Positions 49,321-58,881 of a stretch of DNA of 64,000 bases are shown here, one piece after another; within the stretch, counting starts at the first letter, position 1, and every line of letters begins with the position of its first letter. The notes below the pieces were generated by a model. The model saw only the letters and a list, made by a program, of their open reading frames with translations, ran no database searches and had not been told where the DNA came from. The DNA is from Nitrosopumilus sp. (GTDB lineage Archaea > Thermoproteota > Nitrososphaeria > Nitrososphaerales > Nitrosopumilaceae), in contig CBDBGZ010000004.1 of the NCBI GenBank assembly GCA_965205425.1, positions 64,001 through 128,000 on the forward strand, in the 5' to 3' direction. The position numbers were made by a program, and so were the translations under genes.

Positions 49321-49867
49321 ACAAATAGAAGAATTCAAAGATCAGGTAGATATTCCCGAAGGAGTAACAGTAACAGTGAACAAACACATGATATCATTTG
49401 CAGGACCATTAGGAAAAACTTACAAGAGTTTTAGAAGCATTCCAGTAAAAGTTGAAGTTAGCGAAGGAAAAATTTTGCTTACTACAATTGAACATAAAAA
49501 AAGAGATTATGCCATTTTACATACAGCAAGATCAATTATCAGAAATATTTGTGAAGGCCTAGTAACTGGATACACAATTAAAATGAAACTTGTATTTTCC
49601 CACTTTCCTATCACAGTGAAAGTTGAAGGAAAACAAGTTTTGATTGAAAATTTCCAAGGAGAACGTGCTCCAAGAATTACAAACATCGTAGGAAATACAA
49701 AAGTAGTTCCTAAAGGTGAAGATGTAATTCTTACAGGCGAAGTATGGACAGATATTACTCAAACTGCAGCAAACATTGAACTAAAATCTAAAGTAAAGAA
49801 CAAAGATCATAGAGTATTTTTAGATGGTATCTATGTATTTGAAAAGAAAAAAGGCATAGACAAATAG
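49310..49867 (+). CDS. rpl6: 50S ribosomal protein L6
   Basis: HFPI, NFQGE, DHRVFLDGIY. Confidence 0.97.
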   Translation: MSTKQIEEFKDQVDIPEGVTVTVNKHMISFAGPLGKTYKSFRSIPVKVEVSEGKILLTTIEHKKRDYAILHTARSIIRNICEGLVTGYTIKMKLVFSHFPITVKVEGKQVLIENFQGERAPRITNIVGNTKVVPKGEDVILTGEVWTDITQTAANIELKSKVKNKDHRVFLDGIYVFEKKKGIDK

Positions 49868-49885
49868 AATCTCTTTATTTTACAA

Positions 49886-50173
49886 ATGACTCTAGATCCT
49901 GAATTTTCAAAACAAACAACTGATTTAATCCAACAAACATTAGAATTATACAAATCTGCAGGAGCTTCTCCAAGAATTGGTGAGACATGGGAATGTGGAA
50001 ACATTGGTGATTTTTTGTGTGGTTTTTTTGTAGGAGAAATGGTTGGTTCTGCACTAAGTGCATTTCAGATTGTACATCAGAGAGAACCAACAGCTGATGA
50101 ACACTTGGAAATTATCGAATTAGTTGAAAGCCATGCAAAAGAAATTAAAGAATTTTTTGCTAAATTTAACTAA
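49886..50173 (+). CDS. Hypothetical protein
   Basis: 95-aa ORF co-oriented with the operon. Confidence 0.75.
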   Translation: MTLDPEFSKQTTDLIQQTLELYKSAGASPRIGETWECGNIGDFLCGFFVGEMVGSALSAFQIVHQREPTADEHLEIIELVESHAKEIKEFFAKFN

Positions 50174-50244
50174 AGATTTTCCAATTTTAGTTGATTTTGT
50201 ATAGTCGGAAAGATTAAATCACTTTTGCCAAGGTAAAATCGTGT

Positions 50245-50318
50245 GCCTCCCTAGCTCAGCGTGGTAGAGCAACCGGCTGTTAACCGGTTGGTCACCAGTT
50301 CAAGTCTGGTGGGAGGCG
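50245..50318 (+). tRNA. tRNA-Asn (GTT)
   Basis: Acceptor stem GCCTCCC/GGGAGGC; anticodon arm ACCGG-CTGTTAA-CCGGT; TTCAA T-loop. Confidence 0.96.
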
Positions 50319-50324
50319 CTCTTA

Positions 50325-50420
50325 TTTCTAAACTCGAGTTTTGAAACATTATTTTTCCACACTGTTAGATAAATCACAATGCAAGATTAATTATATTTCT
50401 AAATTCGAATTTAGAAATAT
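50325..50420. repeat. Two copies of the 22-bp palindrome TTTCTAAATTCGAATTTAGAAA (variant 50325-50346, perfect 50396-50417)
   Basis: Read directly; further copies at 51044 and 57792. Confidence 0.9.
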
Positions 50421-50508
50421 TGATCGGTTGTTAGTAATTAGTTTACTCTATTAGACAACATAGATCTAATAGATGATCGCACATTAAGAATAATGCAGGA
50501 GGATTACA

Positions 50509-50757
50509 TTGGTCAGAACTAGAAGGGCCAACAGATATTGTGTGGATTGTGGAGCAAGATTGGTTTATTATCCAAGATTATCAAATCCAAAAGCTCCAAA
50601 CGAACACAGAGTACTAGTTTATGCATGTCCGGATTGTACAGACGACTTTGAAAAACCAAAAATGTTTTCAATTAAACGTAATCAAGTTGAAGATCCTTTA
50701 GAAACAGTAGAAATTGAAATTACACAGTTGCAGAAAAAAGCTATAGTTGCAAAATAA
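50509..50757 (+). CDS. Zinc-ribbon protein
   Basis: CVDC...CPDC. Confidence 0.75.
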   Translation: MVRTRRANRYCVDCGARLVYYPRLSNPKAPNEHRVLVYACPDCTDDFEKPKMFSIKRNQVEDPLETVEIEITQLQKKAIVAK

Positions 50758-50766
50758 AGGTAAATA

Positions 50767-51009
50767 GTGATGTCACAACCAGAAAAAACTAGAAGTAATG
50801 CATGGTTTTTGTTGCCAATTTTTTTTGGAGTGATAGGAGGAATAGTTGCATTTTTTATTTTACTACGAGATGATCCTCGTAAAGCAAGGAATTGTCTATA
50901 TCTTGGAATTGCATTCATGTTTGCAGGAATTATATTAAATGGGATTATTGCATATTCAATTCCAGATGTAATGCCAGGTACAGATTTAGGATTTAATGTG
51001 AACACATAG
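50767..51009 (+). CDS. Small membrane protein
   Basis: WFLLPIFFGVIGG...DDPRKARNCL. Confidence 0.75.
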   Translation: MMSQPEKTRSNAWFLLPIFFGVIGGIVAFFILLRDDPRKARNCLYLGIAFMFAGIILNGIIAYSIPDVMPGTDLGFNVNT

Positions 51010-51043
51010 AACCTATTTGTTTACCTAGTAAAGATAACAGTTA

Positions 51044-51065
51044 TTTCTAAATTCGAATTTAGAAA
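51044..51065. repeat. 22-bp palindrome copy
   Basis: TTTCTAAATTCGAATTTAGAAA. Confidence 0.9.
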
Positions 51066-51132
51066 CATTCAAAGTTTAGCACGGTAATCATTTAGATTTA
51101 GAATCATATAGAACTAATTTCAAAGATTTTCA

Positions 51133-51582
51133 ATGAGTGCATCTAGAATGAGGGATAATGTAGAAAGATGGGTAATTCATGAAGGTCTTTCATTTGAAGA
51201 AGTAAAAAACCCAGAAAATAATTTTCAAATTCTTGTAAAACATGCAGGACAATCTGGAATTCCAGTTGATGTGTTTGAACCTAAAGGACAACCAGGTATT
51301 CTAGTAATTGGAGCCAAAGTCGTTATGAAAAATAATCAAATTGCAAGATACTTAGGATTTAGTCCTGAGGAGAAGGAGAAATTTGAAAAAAAGGTGGCAG
51401 ATTTTTGTTATTCCATACAAGTAATTAACAAAATTATCACCGAAGATGGAAAACAAAAAGTTGGAGTTTATGTAGTGATGGATGATAAAGAAAACATCAA
51501 TCAGCAGACAATGATTAAAGCAGTAGATAGTGTTTCTGAAAAATACGATAGGGTTTCCAGATTTTTACTGAAAACATTTTAA
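51133..51582 (+). CDS. DUF2299-like protein
   Basis: VERWVIHEG N-terminus typical of this archaeal family. Confidence 0.65.
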   Translation: MSASRMRDNVERWVIHEGLSFEEVKNPENNFQILVKHAGQSGIPVDVFEPKGQPGILVIGAKVVMKNNQIARYLGFSPEEKEKFEKKVADFCYSIQVINKIITEDGKQKVGVYVVMDDKENINQQTMIKAVDSVSEKYDRVSRFLLKTF

Positions 51583-51773
51583 AAGAAATAAAAGATTTAT
51601 CAGTTCTGCATATGCAACTTTGTTTTATTATGGTATATGAAATAATTTCTAGAAAAATATTTCTTATTTTATTTCTACCAATCATACATTTCTAAAAAAT
51701 AAATTTTTTGTTTCATTAACCAAGGCAGTTATCCTTATGAATTATTTTTACACATTTCCTTTCTTTTCAGACA

Positions 51774-52280
51774 TTAGGGTACGGCTTTCGTTAGAGGTTG
51801 CGAATAGACATCATCCCAATTCTCAACGGGATTTAATGCAACTACATGAATTTTTACTGGAACAACTCCCTCATTTACACCGTTGTGTTCTATACCGATT
51901 GCCTCAACAAACGAATCTCCCGCATGATAATTTCTAGCAGTTCCTTTATTTTGACATTGTTCAATGTCTATAGAATCATCATCTTCATAACAATAGTAAA
52001 CGGTAAGATCTCCATGCAAAATAGTTACAATTAGAGGAACGTCATGAGTATGCCATCCACTTTCTGCACCGGGTAAAATCTCAACAAATTGAACATCAAC
52101 GTTTGGAGGATCTGAAGGATACTCAAAGGATTGTTTCAAGATAGTCTGGTTGATGAAAGCTAATTTTTCAACAAGAATTCGGTTTTCATCTGTAGTCATT
52201 TCTGCATGAATTAATATTCCAGAAAAACCAGCAATTATAATTCCAGTAGCAATTGCAAAGATTATTTTTTTATTCATCAT
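51774..52280 (-). CDS. Membrane-anchored cupin domain protein
   Basis: PGAESGWHTH...GDL, AGDSFVE...HNGVNEG. Confidence 0.85.
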   Translation of the reverse strand: MMNKKIIFAIATGIIIAGFSGILIHAEMTTDENRILVEKLAFINQTILKQSFEYPSDPPNVDVQFVEILPGAESGWHTHDVPLIVTILHGDLTVYYCYEDDDSIDIEQCQNKGTARNYHAGDSFVEAIGIEHNGVNEGVVPVKIHVVALNPVENWDDVYSQPLTKAVP

Positions 52281-52321
52281 TGCTCTGATAATGTGAAGAA
52301 TTTTGGTTATTTAGAGATAAT

Positions 52322-52490
52322 GCTGTGTTTCCCAACATGACTAAAGTATACAATTATGCACACCATGGAGTCTATTGTATCAAAATACAACATGATTTCT
52401 CCCACACATTTGGACTTAGAATAACCCCATTTTGCACCAGTATTAATTCCTGATATTGGAAATCTATTTGCTTGATGTCTGATTTGTGCC
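52322..52490. mobile_element. IS relics: IS5 left end plus an internal fragment related to the 20371-21513 element
   Basis: GCTGTGTTTCCCAACATGACTA matches 10909; minus strand encodes NRFPISGINTGAKWGYSKSK. Confidence 0.75.
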
Positions 52491-52533
52491 ATCCATAATT
52501 AATTTTTATAATGCCCCAAATCTAGGATTTTCA

Positions 52534-53052
52534 TTGAAAGTTTTGATATTGTCTGTCTTATTTTTTGTCATAATACCAAGTGCCGGCTTTGCACATTCTC
52601 AAAGTGATGAAATTCCAAATTGGATCAAAGGCGTTGCGGGATTTTGGGCAGAGGATAAAATAACAGATTTAGAATTTATTGAAGCGTTAGAATTTATGAT
52701 TGAATCAAAAATAATACAAGTTAATGATGCCATGGTTGCGGAATTAGAAAAAGAAAACAACAAACTAATGCAAAAAATAGAATCTTTAGAATCTGAAAAA
52801 TCACAGCATACATCAGTAAAACCAACACAAGAAATCAATGAAATACCAGATACAACAGAATCAGATACAAACAAAGAGTACTATGCAACGGGAGAATTGG
52901 AAAAGGAAACTCAATACTATGAAGATGGCCAGAGAAAATGGCATAAGTACTATTTTAAAAGTGGAGAATTAAAAAGTGAAAAACAATACGATGAAAATGG
53001 AGAACGTGTAAGTGAAATAAGATATGATGAAGATGGAAACCAAATTAATTAA
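52534..53052 (+). CDS. Secreted protein with IPxWIK module and MORN-like repeats
   Basis: IPNWIKGVAGFWAEDKITDLEF; YYATGELE, YFKSGELK, YDENG repeats. Confidence 0.8.
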   Translation: MKVLILSVLFFVIIPSAGFAHSQSDEIPNWIKGVAGFWAEDKITDLEFIEALEFMIESKIIQVNDAMVAELEKENNKLMQKIESLESEKSQHTSVKPTQEINEIPDTTESDTNKEYYATGELEKETQYYEDGQRKWHKYYFKSGELKSEKQYDENGERVSEIRYDEDGNQIN

Positions 53053-53179
53053 TGAATATTTTAAAGGAATTGTCATAAGGCAAATATCTAGAAAACCATG
53101 TGGCTATTTATCGTCAACTTCTTAGCACCCATAAAGATAACATAAATATTGTAAATATCAATCATGAGAAGTATCTGCG

Positions 53180-53492
53180 GTTCCCAACATGGCTAGTTTA
53201 TCTAACTAATTCTATCTTTTCTTCCATTCGATATACTGCGGAGCGAATGTTCCCAACATGGCTAGTTTATCTAACTAATTCTATCAAACAAAGATGTAAT
53301 TCAAAAATATTTCCAACATCTCATGAATAGGAACAAAAAAAATACAACAAATCATTAGTCAAACGTAAATGAATCAGCATATTTTGCAATTTAGAAGTAT
53401 GCAAACAAACCCAATATTCAGATGAATGTAAAATTAGGAAAGGCTTCATCGTTGCAATAGATAGTTCAAGAGTCAAAGTTGCAAATAGGAGA
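53180..53492 (+). mobile_element. Decayed IS5 relic with duplicated left end
   Basis: 37-bp repeat at 53180 and 53249 resembles 10914-10951; remnants encode YNKSLVKR and IVAIDSSRVKVANR. Confidence 0.75.
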
Positions 53493-53560
53493 AAAACAAT
53501 ATTTACAAATTGTGCAAAAATATCATCATCTAATCCCTTGATGAAATTTTACAAAATCAA

Positions 53561-53657
53561 GGCTAGGCGTTAAACCCCCCTTGAAAATTAGTATGTTTAG
53601 TCACATTGTGAAATTTTCAAAAACAAGCGTTTTGGTAGGGGGTTGAACACTTGTGCC
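53561..53657. mobile_element. Candidate 97-bp MITE
   Basis: Imperfect terminal IR GGCTAGGCGTTAAACCCCC versus GGCACAAGTGTTCAACCCCC. Confidence 0.45.
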
Positions 53658-53800
53658 TACATACAAGATGCAACGTTAATTCCACCCCGCTCTCCCAGCT
53701 AAACATACCCAAACTATTAGTGTCGTGCGTAAAAGCTCAACCCTTAATTTTTGTGTAAAAACTAGAAAAAATAAAGAAAAAAGGATGTAAGTTTTAGAAC

Positions 53801-53898
53801 TTAAATTCCGCCAGTAGGTGGAACAGAACCGCCACCAGATAATGGACCAATACATACTGCTTGAAGTTCACCATCCACTACTGCAGGGTTTAGATCAA
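53801..53898 (-). pseudogene. 3' remnant of a gene cut by IS1595
   Basis: LDLNPAVVDGELQAVCIGPLSGGGSVPPTGGI*. Confidence 0.45.
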
Positions 53899-54808
53899 GG
53901 TGATTGTAAACCTATTACCACCAACTATTTTTGAGTAATTATTGGAAAAAACAATCAACATAATTGAGTTATCTAAAATAATTCACAACAAATCAACTGC
54001 ATTGGAATTTCTCTGCAACCAATTCAAAAAGAAAAACACAATTCATTGTTCATCATGTAACTCTGAGAATTACTATATTATTTCAAGAGGGAAACTAAGA
54101 TGCAAAGATTGCAAGACAGATTATAGACCGTTTGCTGGAACATGGTTTGATATCATCAACATTAATTTTACAAAATGGTTGGCCCTAGTCAAACTATTTG
54201 ATATTGGGATTAGTGCAAGACATGCAGCTAGAGAAGCAGATGTCAGTTATCCAACTTGCACTAAATGCTTTTGATTGCATCAGATATGCCATACTGTATC
54301 ATCTAGCAGAATCAGACAAGAAACTAAAAGGGAAAATTGAGGCTGACGAGGCGACTATTTTGGAGGAAAAAGAAAGGGAAATCGTGGCAGAGGTGCCAAG
54401 AACAAGACCATCGTATTTGGCATACTGGAAAGAAAGGGAAAAGTTCACGTTGAGATTGTAAACAATGTCAAGGCAAAGACATTGCTTGCAGGAACAATCA
54501 AGAAAGTAAAGAAAGGAAGCATTGTGTATACGGACAAGAGGAGAGGATATGATTCGCTAGTTTTCAACGCCTACAAACATCTCTCAGTTGATCACAGCAA
54601 GATGTTTGGGAGTGGTGATGTGTACATAAATGGAATAGAAAGGTTTTGGAGTTTTGCAAAAGAGAACATGGCAAAGCATCATGGTGTAAGTCCAGATAAA
54701 TTCTTGTTGTACATCAAAGAGATGGAATGGAGATATAATAACAGAGATGGAAGATACTTTCTCATTATTGTTAGATTATGTGTTGGTGGTGAATAATTGA
54801 TAATCACC
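53899..54808 (+). mobile_element. IS1595 family element, multiply frameshifted
   Basis: GGTGATT TIRs; homologous to 37133-38041; three partial ORFs. Confidence 0.9.
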
Positions 54809-55079
54809 TTATTTTTTTATTTAATTCGGGATATTGGATATTCTGATTCTGATCATTGTAATTACTTTGACCTTTTGAATATGGAGGATTGCCCATTAGA
54901 ACATGCAGATGTGTTCCACGTTGATTTATTATTCTTTCATAGGGTTTCTTGAATTCATCATCATCAATTTTAGTGGCTACCTCTCTATACACCCCGCCCT
55001 TTCTCCACATCGGATTAATCCTCAAAGTGTCAGTGTAAATAATCCTCCGTGCTGTGTTATTTTTGGAAACCTCCGGCAC
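54809..55079 (-). pseudogene. Fragment of an N6-adenine methyltransferase (type ISP R-M-like)
   Basis: IIYTDTL...VLMGNPPYSKGQ...NQNIQYPEL. Confidence 0.75.
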
Positions 55080-55112
55080 CTGACGAATTATCTTTTTAAC
55101 ATGCCTCCATAG

Positions 55113-55442
55113 TTAAACACCAATGGACTCATCTTTGCTTAGTTCTAAAAATACCTTATCTCCAATTGCGATACCCATGTCTTTGTATTCATGCATTTCA
55201 AGTTTTAATTGAGTAACACCACTCTGTATTCCCATGCCACCTCCCATTCCAGACATCATCTTGTTCAAATCATTCATCATGTCATTCATGTTTGAGAATC
55301 CCATGACTTCTGATTTTTCAAAAGGTGATTGCAAGTTTTTAGAACCGTCTTTAAGATCTTTGATGGAGGATAATGCAACTATAACATAGGGCAATCCACC
55401 AGGTGCTGAATCAATGCTTTTTACTACAAATTCTTTCTTCAT
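55113..55442 (-). CDS. Hypothetical protein
   Basis: 109 aa; Met/Gly-rich middle; EYKDMGIAIGDKVFLEL. Confidence 0.75.
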   Translation of the reverse strand: MKKEFVVKSIDSAPGGLPYVIVALSSIKDLKDGSKNLQSPFEKSEVMGFSNMNDMMNDLNKMMSGMGGGMGIQSGVTQLKLEMHEYKDMGIAIGDKVFLELSKDESIGV

Positions 55443-55509
55443 CTATGTAATGACTAATTTTTGTCATATAATTTTATTTATTTCAGAGGCTTTTATCTCA
55501 TCCCAGAAC

Positions 55510-56460
55510 CTAATTTCCACATTGCTGTGTGCAATTTTTCATCGTCTCAAATGGAACTACTCCCCCACAGCCTCCCCAGATAAATTCTTGGCAGGAATTA
55601 GTTGCTTCATCAAAATAATATTTTGGCATGTATGCTTTACACAAACCAGCATCAGGTACTAATCTACAACTATTAGAGGGAATTATCACTTCAACTAGAG
55701 TATATTTCAGAGAAGAGCCATCAGCAGGAGGATATTCTATGTCAGTAACAGTGACACTAAGTTTGTATTCTGTGCCTTCTTGATACTCAAATCCTTCTAT
55801 ATTATCGTAGAACATTTCCCATTCAGAATTTACATCTTCTTTTACCAACATACATTGTTGTGTACCTACACCTACACAGTCAACTAATTGAGAATCTACA
55901 TACAACGTGATTGTTCTAGTAGATGATACAACACAATCACCGCTATGTTTCATTTCCATATGATTGGCTTTGAGTTGACACATGTTACCATAAGATACGC
56001 CATCAATTCCACATATTGGCATGTATTCTAGAGTACATGCTAAAATAGGCAACTCTGTATTCCATCCTCTAGTTTTTAATTTCTCAACAGAATCTAAATT
56101 AATACAAGCTGGAGTTGCATCACGGTTTTTGAACATCAACTCTTTGCCTTCTGCACAAACAATATTTTCAACTGAAATTCCTGCATGTTTTTGTTGTAAT
56201 GGTTTTAGATATTGTTTCGTGACACCATCGATAAGACAGACTTTGCCAGCATAAATTCCAGGGCCACATCTATCATCCAATACACACATTTCCTCTAATG
56301 ATGCAAATCCAGGGGCACACATTCCTTTGTAAGACATGTGATGTTGTCCCACAGTATCACTTGTACTTGAATCCACAGATTCAGCAAATGCAGGAGTTAG
56401 TCCAATAGAGAGAATTAATGGAAGTAATGTAAAAAGAATGATTTTCACAATGGTATTCAA
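55510..56460 (-). CDS. Secreted multidomain protein: thaumarchaeal Cys module + Kazal + DUF4377-like + Kunitz/BPTI
   Basis: CTLEYMPICGIDGVSYGNMC; DCVGVG...IEGFEY...PPADGSS; CRLVPDAGLCKAYMPKYYFD...CQEFIWGGC...C...C. Confidence 0.88.
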   Translation of the reverse strand: MNTIVKIILFTLLPLILSIGLTPAFAESVDSSTSDTVGQHHMSYKGMCAPGFASLEEMCVLDDRCGPGIYAGKVCLIDGVTKQYLKPLQQKHAGISVENIVCAEGKELMFKNRDATPACINLDSVEKLKTRGWNTELPILACTLEYMPICGIDGVSYGNMCQLKANHMEMKHSGDCVVSSTRTITLYVDSQLVDCVGVGTQQCMLVKEDVNSEWEMFYDNIEGFEYQEGTEYKLSVTVTDIEYPPADGSSLKYTLVEVIIPSNSCRLVPDAGLCKAYMPKYYFDEATNSCQEFIWGGCGGVVPFETMKNCTQQCGN

Positions 56461-56791
56461 TTATGATTTAATTTAAAGAATATGCTCACTCGGGCACAGT
56501 ATTCATAAAGGTAGAATAAGCAGAGATGTGTTTAGGAACAAATTGTGCAGGTATGATGGAACAAGTGAGATTGTTTGCAGGATTGTCAATTTCAAGATAA
56601 AATGGAAAGAAGAATTTGTTGTAATTCCATAAAATTAGAAATTAAATGATAGAAAAGTTAGATTTTTGCTTGTAATTGCGCAACTCATCTTCTATAGTCA
56701 TGGATTTAGCCTAAAACAGTGGAGTTTTTGACTATAATTTTTGCATATTATTGCCGTTTCAACTATATACCAAAATAATTGGAGATTAATC

Positions 56792-57277
56792 ATGGGAGGA
56801 ATTGGTCTAGTAATTGTAATTGGGGCGATTATTGGCTCCATGGCACTTGCAATGTTCACGTATACACAATATCAGACAAATTACATTGAATCAAGTGTAG
56901 GAAATCCAGTAATGGTAGGCCCCGTAGAATATGTAATTACATTTGAAGGAACCCATGAAGGGGATAAAGAAACAGTACCTGAAAATACGTTTGTTATGAT
57001 TGGGATTACTGCAAAAAATACCAGTGATGAAAAAACATTACTTTCAGGAGGACAATTTTACCTAGTTGGTGAAAAAGATCAAAAACACAAAGCAGTTTTT
57101 GGTGAGTTTTCTTCTAAAGACCTGTGGATGGAATGGTTAGAGCCAGACAAACCAATTGAGATAACAACACAATTTGATATTCCATTTGATGAAGAAAAAC
57201 AATACAAAATAATTATCCGTCCACAAAAAGAGCAATCAACTGTAGATATAGCTTCAATTTGTCTAACAAATTGCTGA
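56792..57277 (+). CDS. DUF4352-like membrane-anchored protein
   Basis: TM; FVMIGITAKN...FYLV...LEPDKP...FDIP. Confidence 0.75.
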   Translation: MGGIGLVIVIGAIIGSMALAMFTYTQYQTNYIESSVGNPVMVGPVEYVITFEGTHEGDKETVPENTFVMIGITAKNTSDEKTLLSGGQFYLVGEKDQKHKAVFGEFSSKDLWMEWLEPDKPIEITTQFDIPFDEEKQYKIIIRPQKEQSTVDIASICLTNC

Positions 57278-57378
57278 TCGGAAATTTTAAAAAATAAAAA
57301 AAGTGTCAAATTTTACTATTGTTTGCGTAGTAATGTGTGACTTTTACCATATAACACCTATGATTTTCGGAAACAGTC

Positions 57379-57744
57379 ATGGCAGTATCTAAAGCCAAAA
57401 GAGCCGAAGCAGCTAAGAAAGCAGTAAGAACTCGAAAGAGGAATGCAGCTAAGAAAGCAGCTGAAGCATTAAAAGCAGCAGCAGCTCGTAAGAGAAAGGC
57501 AGCAGCAACTCGAAGGAAGAATGCAGGTAAAAGAGCAGCTCCAAAGAGAAAAACTGCAGCTAAAAGAAAAGCAGCTCCAAAGAGAAAGGCAGCTAAACGC
57601 AAAGCCGCTCCAAAGAGAAAAACTGCAGCTAAGAAAAAAGCAGCTCCAAAGAGAAAGGCAGCAAAAAGAAAAGCAGCACCAAAACGAAAAGCTGCTAAAC
57701 GCAAAGCCGCTCCAAAGAGAAAGGCAGCTAAACGTCGACGTTAA
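57379..57744 (+). CDS. Histone H1-like Lys/Ala/Arg-rich protein
   Basis: Repeated AAPKRK(T/A)A units. Confidence 0.85.
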   Translation: MAVSKAKRAEAAKKAVRTRKRNAAKKAAEALKAAAARKRKAAATRRKNAGKRAAPKRKTAAKRKAAPKRKAAKRKAAPKRKTAAKKKAAPKRKAAKRKAAPKRKAAKRKAAPKRKAAKRRR

Positions 57745-57791
57745 GCTGTCTATGCTATCTTTTTTAAATTCGCCCTACTGAATGTATTATA

Positions 57792-57813
57792 TTTCTAAAT
57801 TCGAATTTAGAAA
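57792..57813. repeat. 22-bp palindrome copy
   Basis: TTTCTAAATTCGAATTTAGAAA between convergent genes. Confidence 0.9.
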
Positions 57814-57825
57814 CACTTTAAATGA

Positions 57826-58230
57826 TTACTCTGACATCATTAGTTCAGGCAAAACAAAAACTTTGTTTGGTTTTATTTTTAGAACAACTCTTTTTTCATC
57901 ATCACGTTTGAATGGATAATGATCACATCCCATGTATTGTTGCGTAAGCTTGTCTGCATGTTTGTATTCATAGTCTGGAATTAATTCCTCAACTATTCCA
58001 CGAATTGTGGTCATGTCAAGTGGGTTATCTTTAGAAACTACTGAAATTGCAACTCTAGGATCTCGTAAAACATTTTTATGTTTTATTCTCCCTTCAGCAG
58101 TATTTATCAGGACATATCCATCATTATAATTTGCCCATACTGGAGAAACTTGAGGTGAACCATCTTTCATTACAGTTGCAATGTAAACTAGATTTTTCTC
58201 TGAAAATAGTTTAATGACTTTGTCTTCCAT
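57826..58230 (-). CDS. PPOX-class F420-dependent oxidoreductase
   Basis: ATVMKDGSPQVSPVW...K.KNVLRDPRV. Confidence 0.9.
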   Translation of the reverse strand: MEDKVIKLFSEKNLVYIATVMKDGSPQVSPVWANYNDGYVLINTAEGRIKHKNVLRDPRVAISVVSKDNPLDMTTIRGIVEELIPDYEYKHADKLTQQYMGCDHYPFKRDDEKRVVLKIKPNKVFVLPELMMSE

Positions 58231-58377
58231 TAATTTTCACAATCCAATTTTCGTGATAGTGATTTATCACCAATATTCAAAACCAATGCATTTTGAGAGT
58301 ATTTTTTGCTCATTTTTTGTCCCAATACAAAAATTGAATTGATCGGTTTTAGATGATTAATCATTTCAATACCAATG

Positions 58378-58881
58378 TTACTTTTTACTAGATTTCTCAA
58401 GGACATTTGTCATTGCTCTATTCATTATCTCCATTACAAGATATTGAGAATATTCTTCGGATTTTTTGCCCTTAGATTTACTAGTTTTTGGCGTTAGGCC
58501 CTTGAGGATTTTTTCAATTTTAGTTGATGTGTTGGTGATGATTTTGGAATAGGTAGAATCAAAATCATCAGGAGTTTGGAAATCCAACAATTTTGTAGAT
58601 GTACTATAGAATTTTGTGATGGCTCCACGAGATTCTTCAATTCGGGCAATTTCAATTAATCCAGATCCTTTTAGAATTTCTAAATGATGACGGACAGTAG
58701 TTAGTGCTTTTTTGTATCCAGTCTTTTTCAGAGCTGTAGAAATCTGATCAGCAGATAATGCTTGATGGTATAGAATTTCAACGATTTTTGCTCGTGCAGG
58801 GTCTTCAATTGCACGTGCGTGTCCAATGCTTGTCGTAACAATACGATTAACTTTGATTTGCTTTTCTAATAATGTAGACAT
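58378..58881 (-). CDS. ArsR-type winged-helix transcriptional regulator
   Basis: DPARAKIVEIL...TTVRHHLEILKGSGLI. Confidence 0.88.
   Translation of the reverse strand: MSTLLEKQIKVNRIVTTSIGHARAIEDPARAKIVEILYHQALSADQISTALKKTGYKKALTTVRHHLEILKGSGLIEIARIEESRGAITKFYSTSTKLLDFQTPDDFDSTYSKIITNTSTKIEKILKGLTPKTSKSKGKKSEEYSQYLVMEIMNRAMTNVLEKSSKK

Noticed and set aside
53180..53285. Two identical 37-bp repeats with a 32-bp spacer, resembling a mini CRISPR array
   Set aside because: The repeat matches the IS5 left end (10914-10951) and is followed by decayed IS5 coding sequence; only two units and no cas genes.
53668..53745. GC-richer stretch vaguely like a tRNA 3' end
   Set aside because: No cloverleaf or recognisable RNA family.
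50245..55079. Integrated element at tRNA-Asn
   Set aside because: No duplicated tRNA 3' end and no integrase seen.
57306..57781. Overlapping ORFs 57306-57704 (-) and 57521-57781 (+)
   Set aside because: Shadow frames of the low-complexity H1-like gene.
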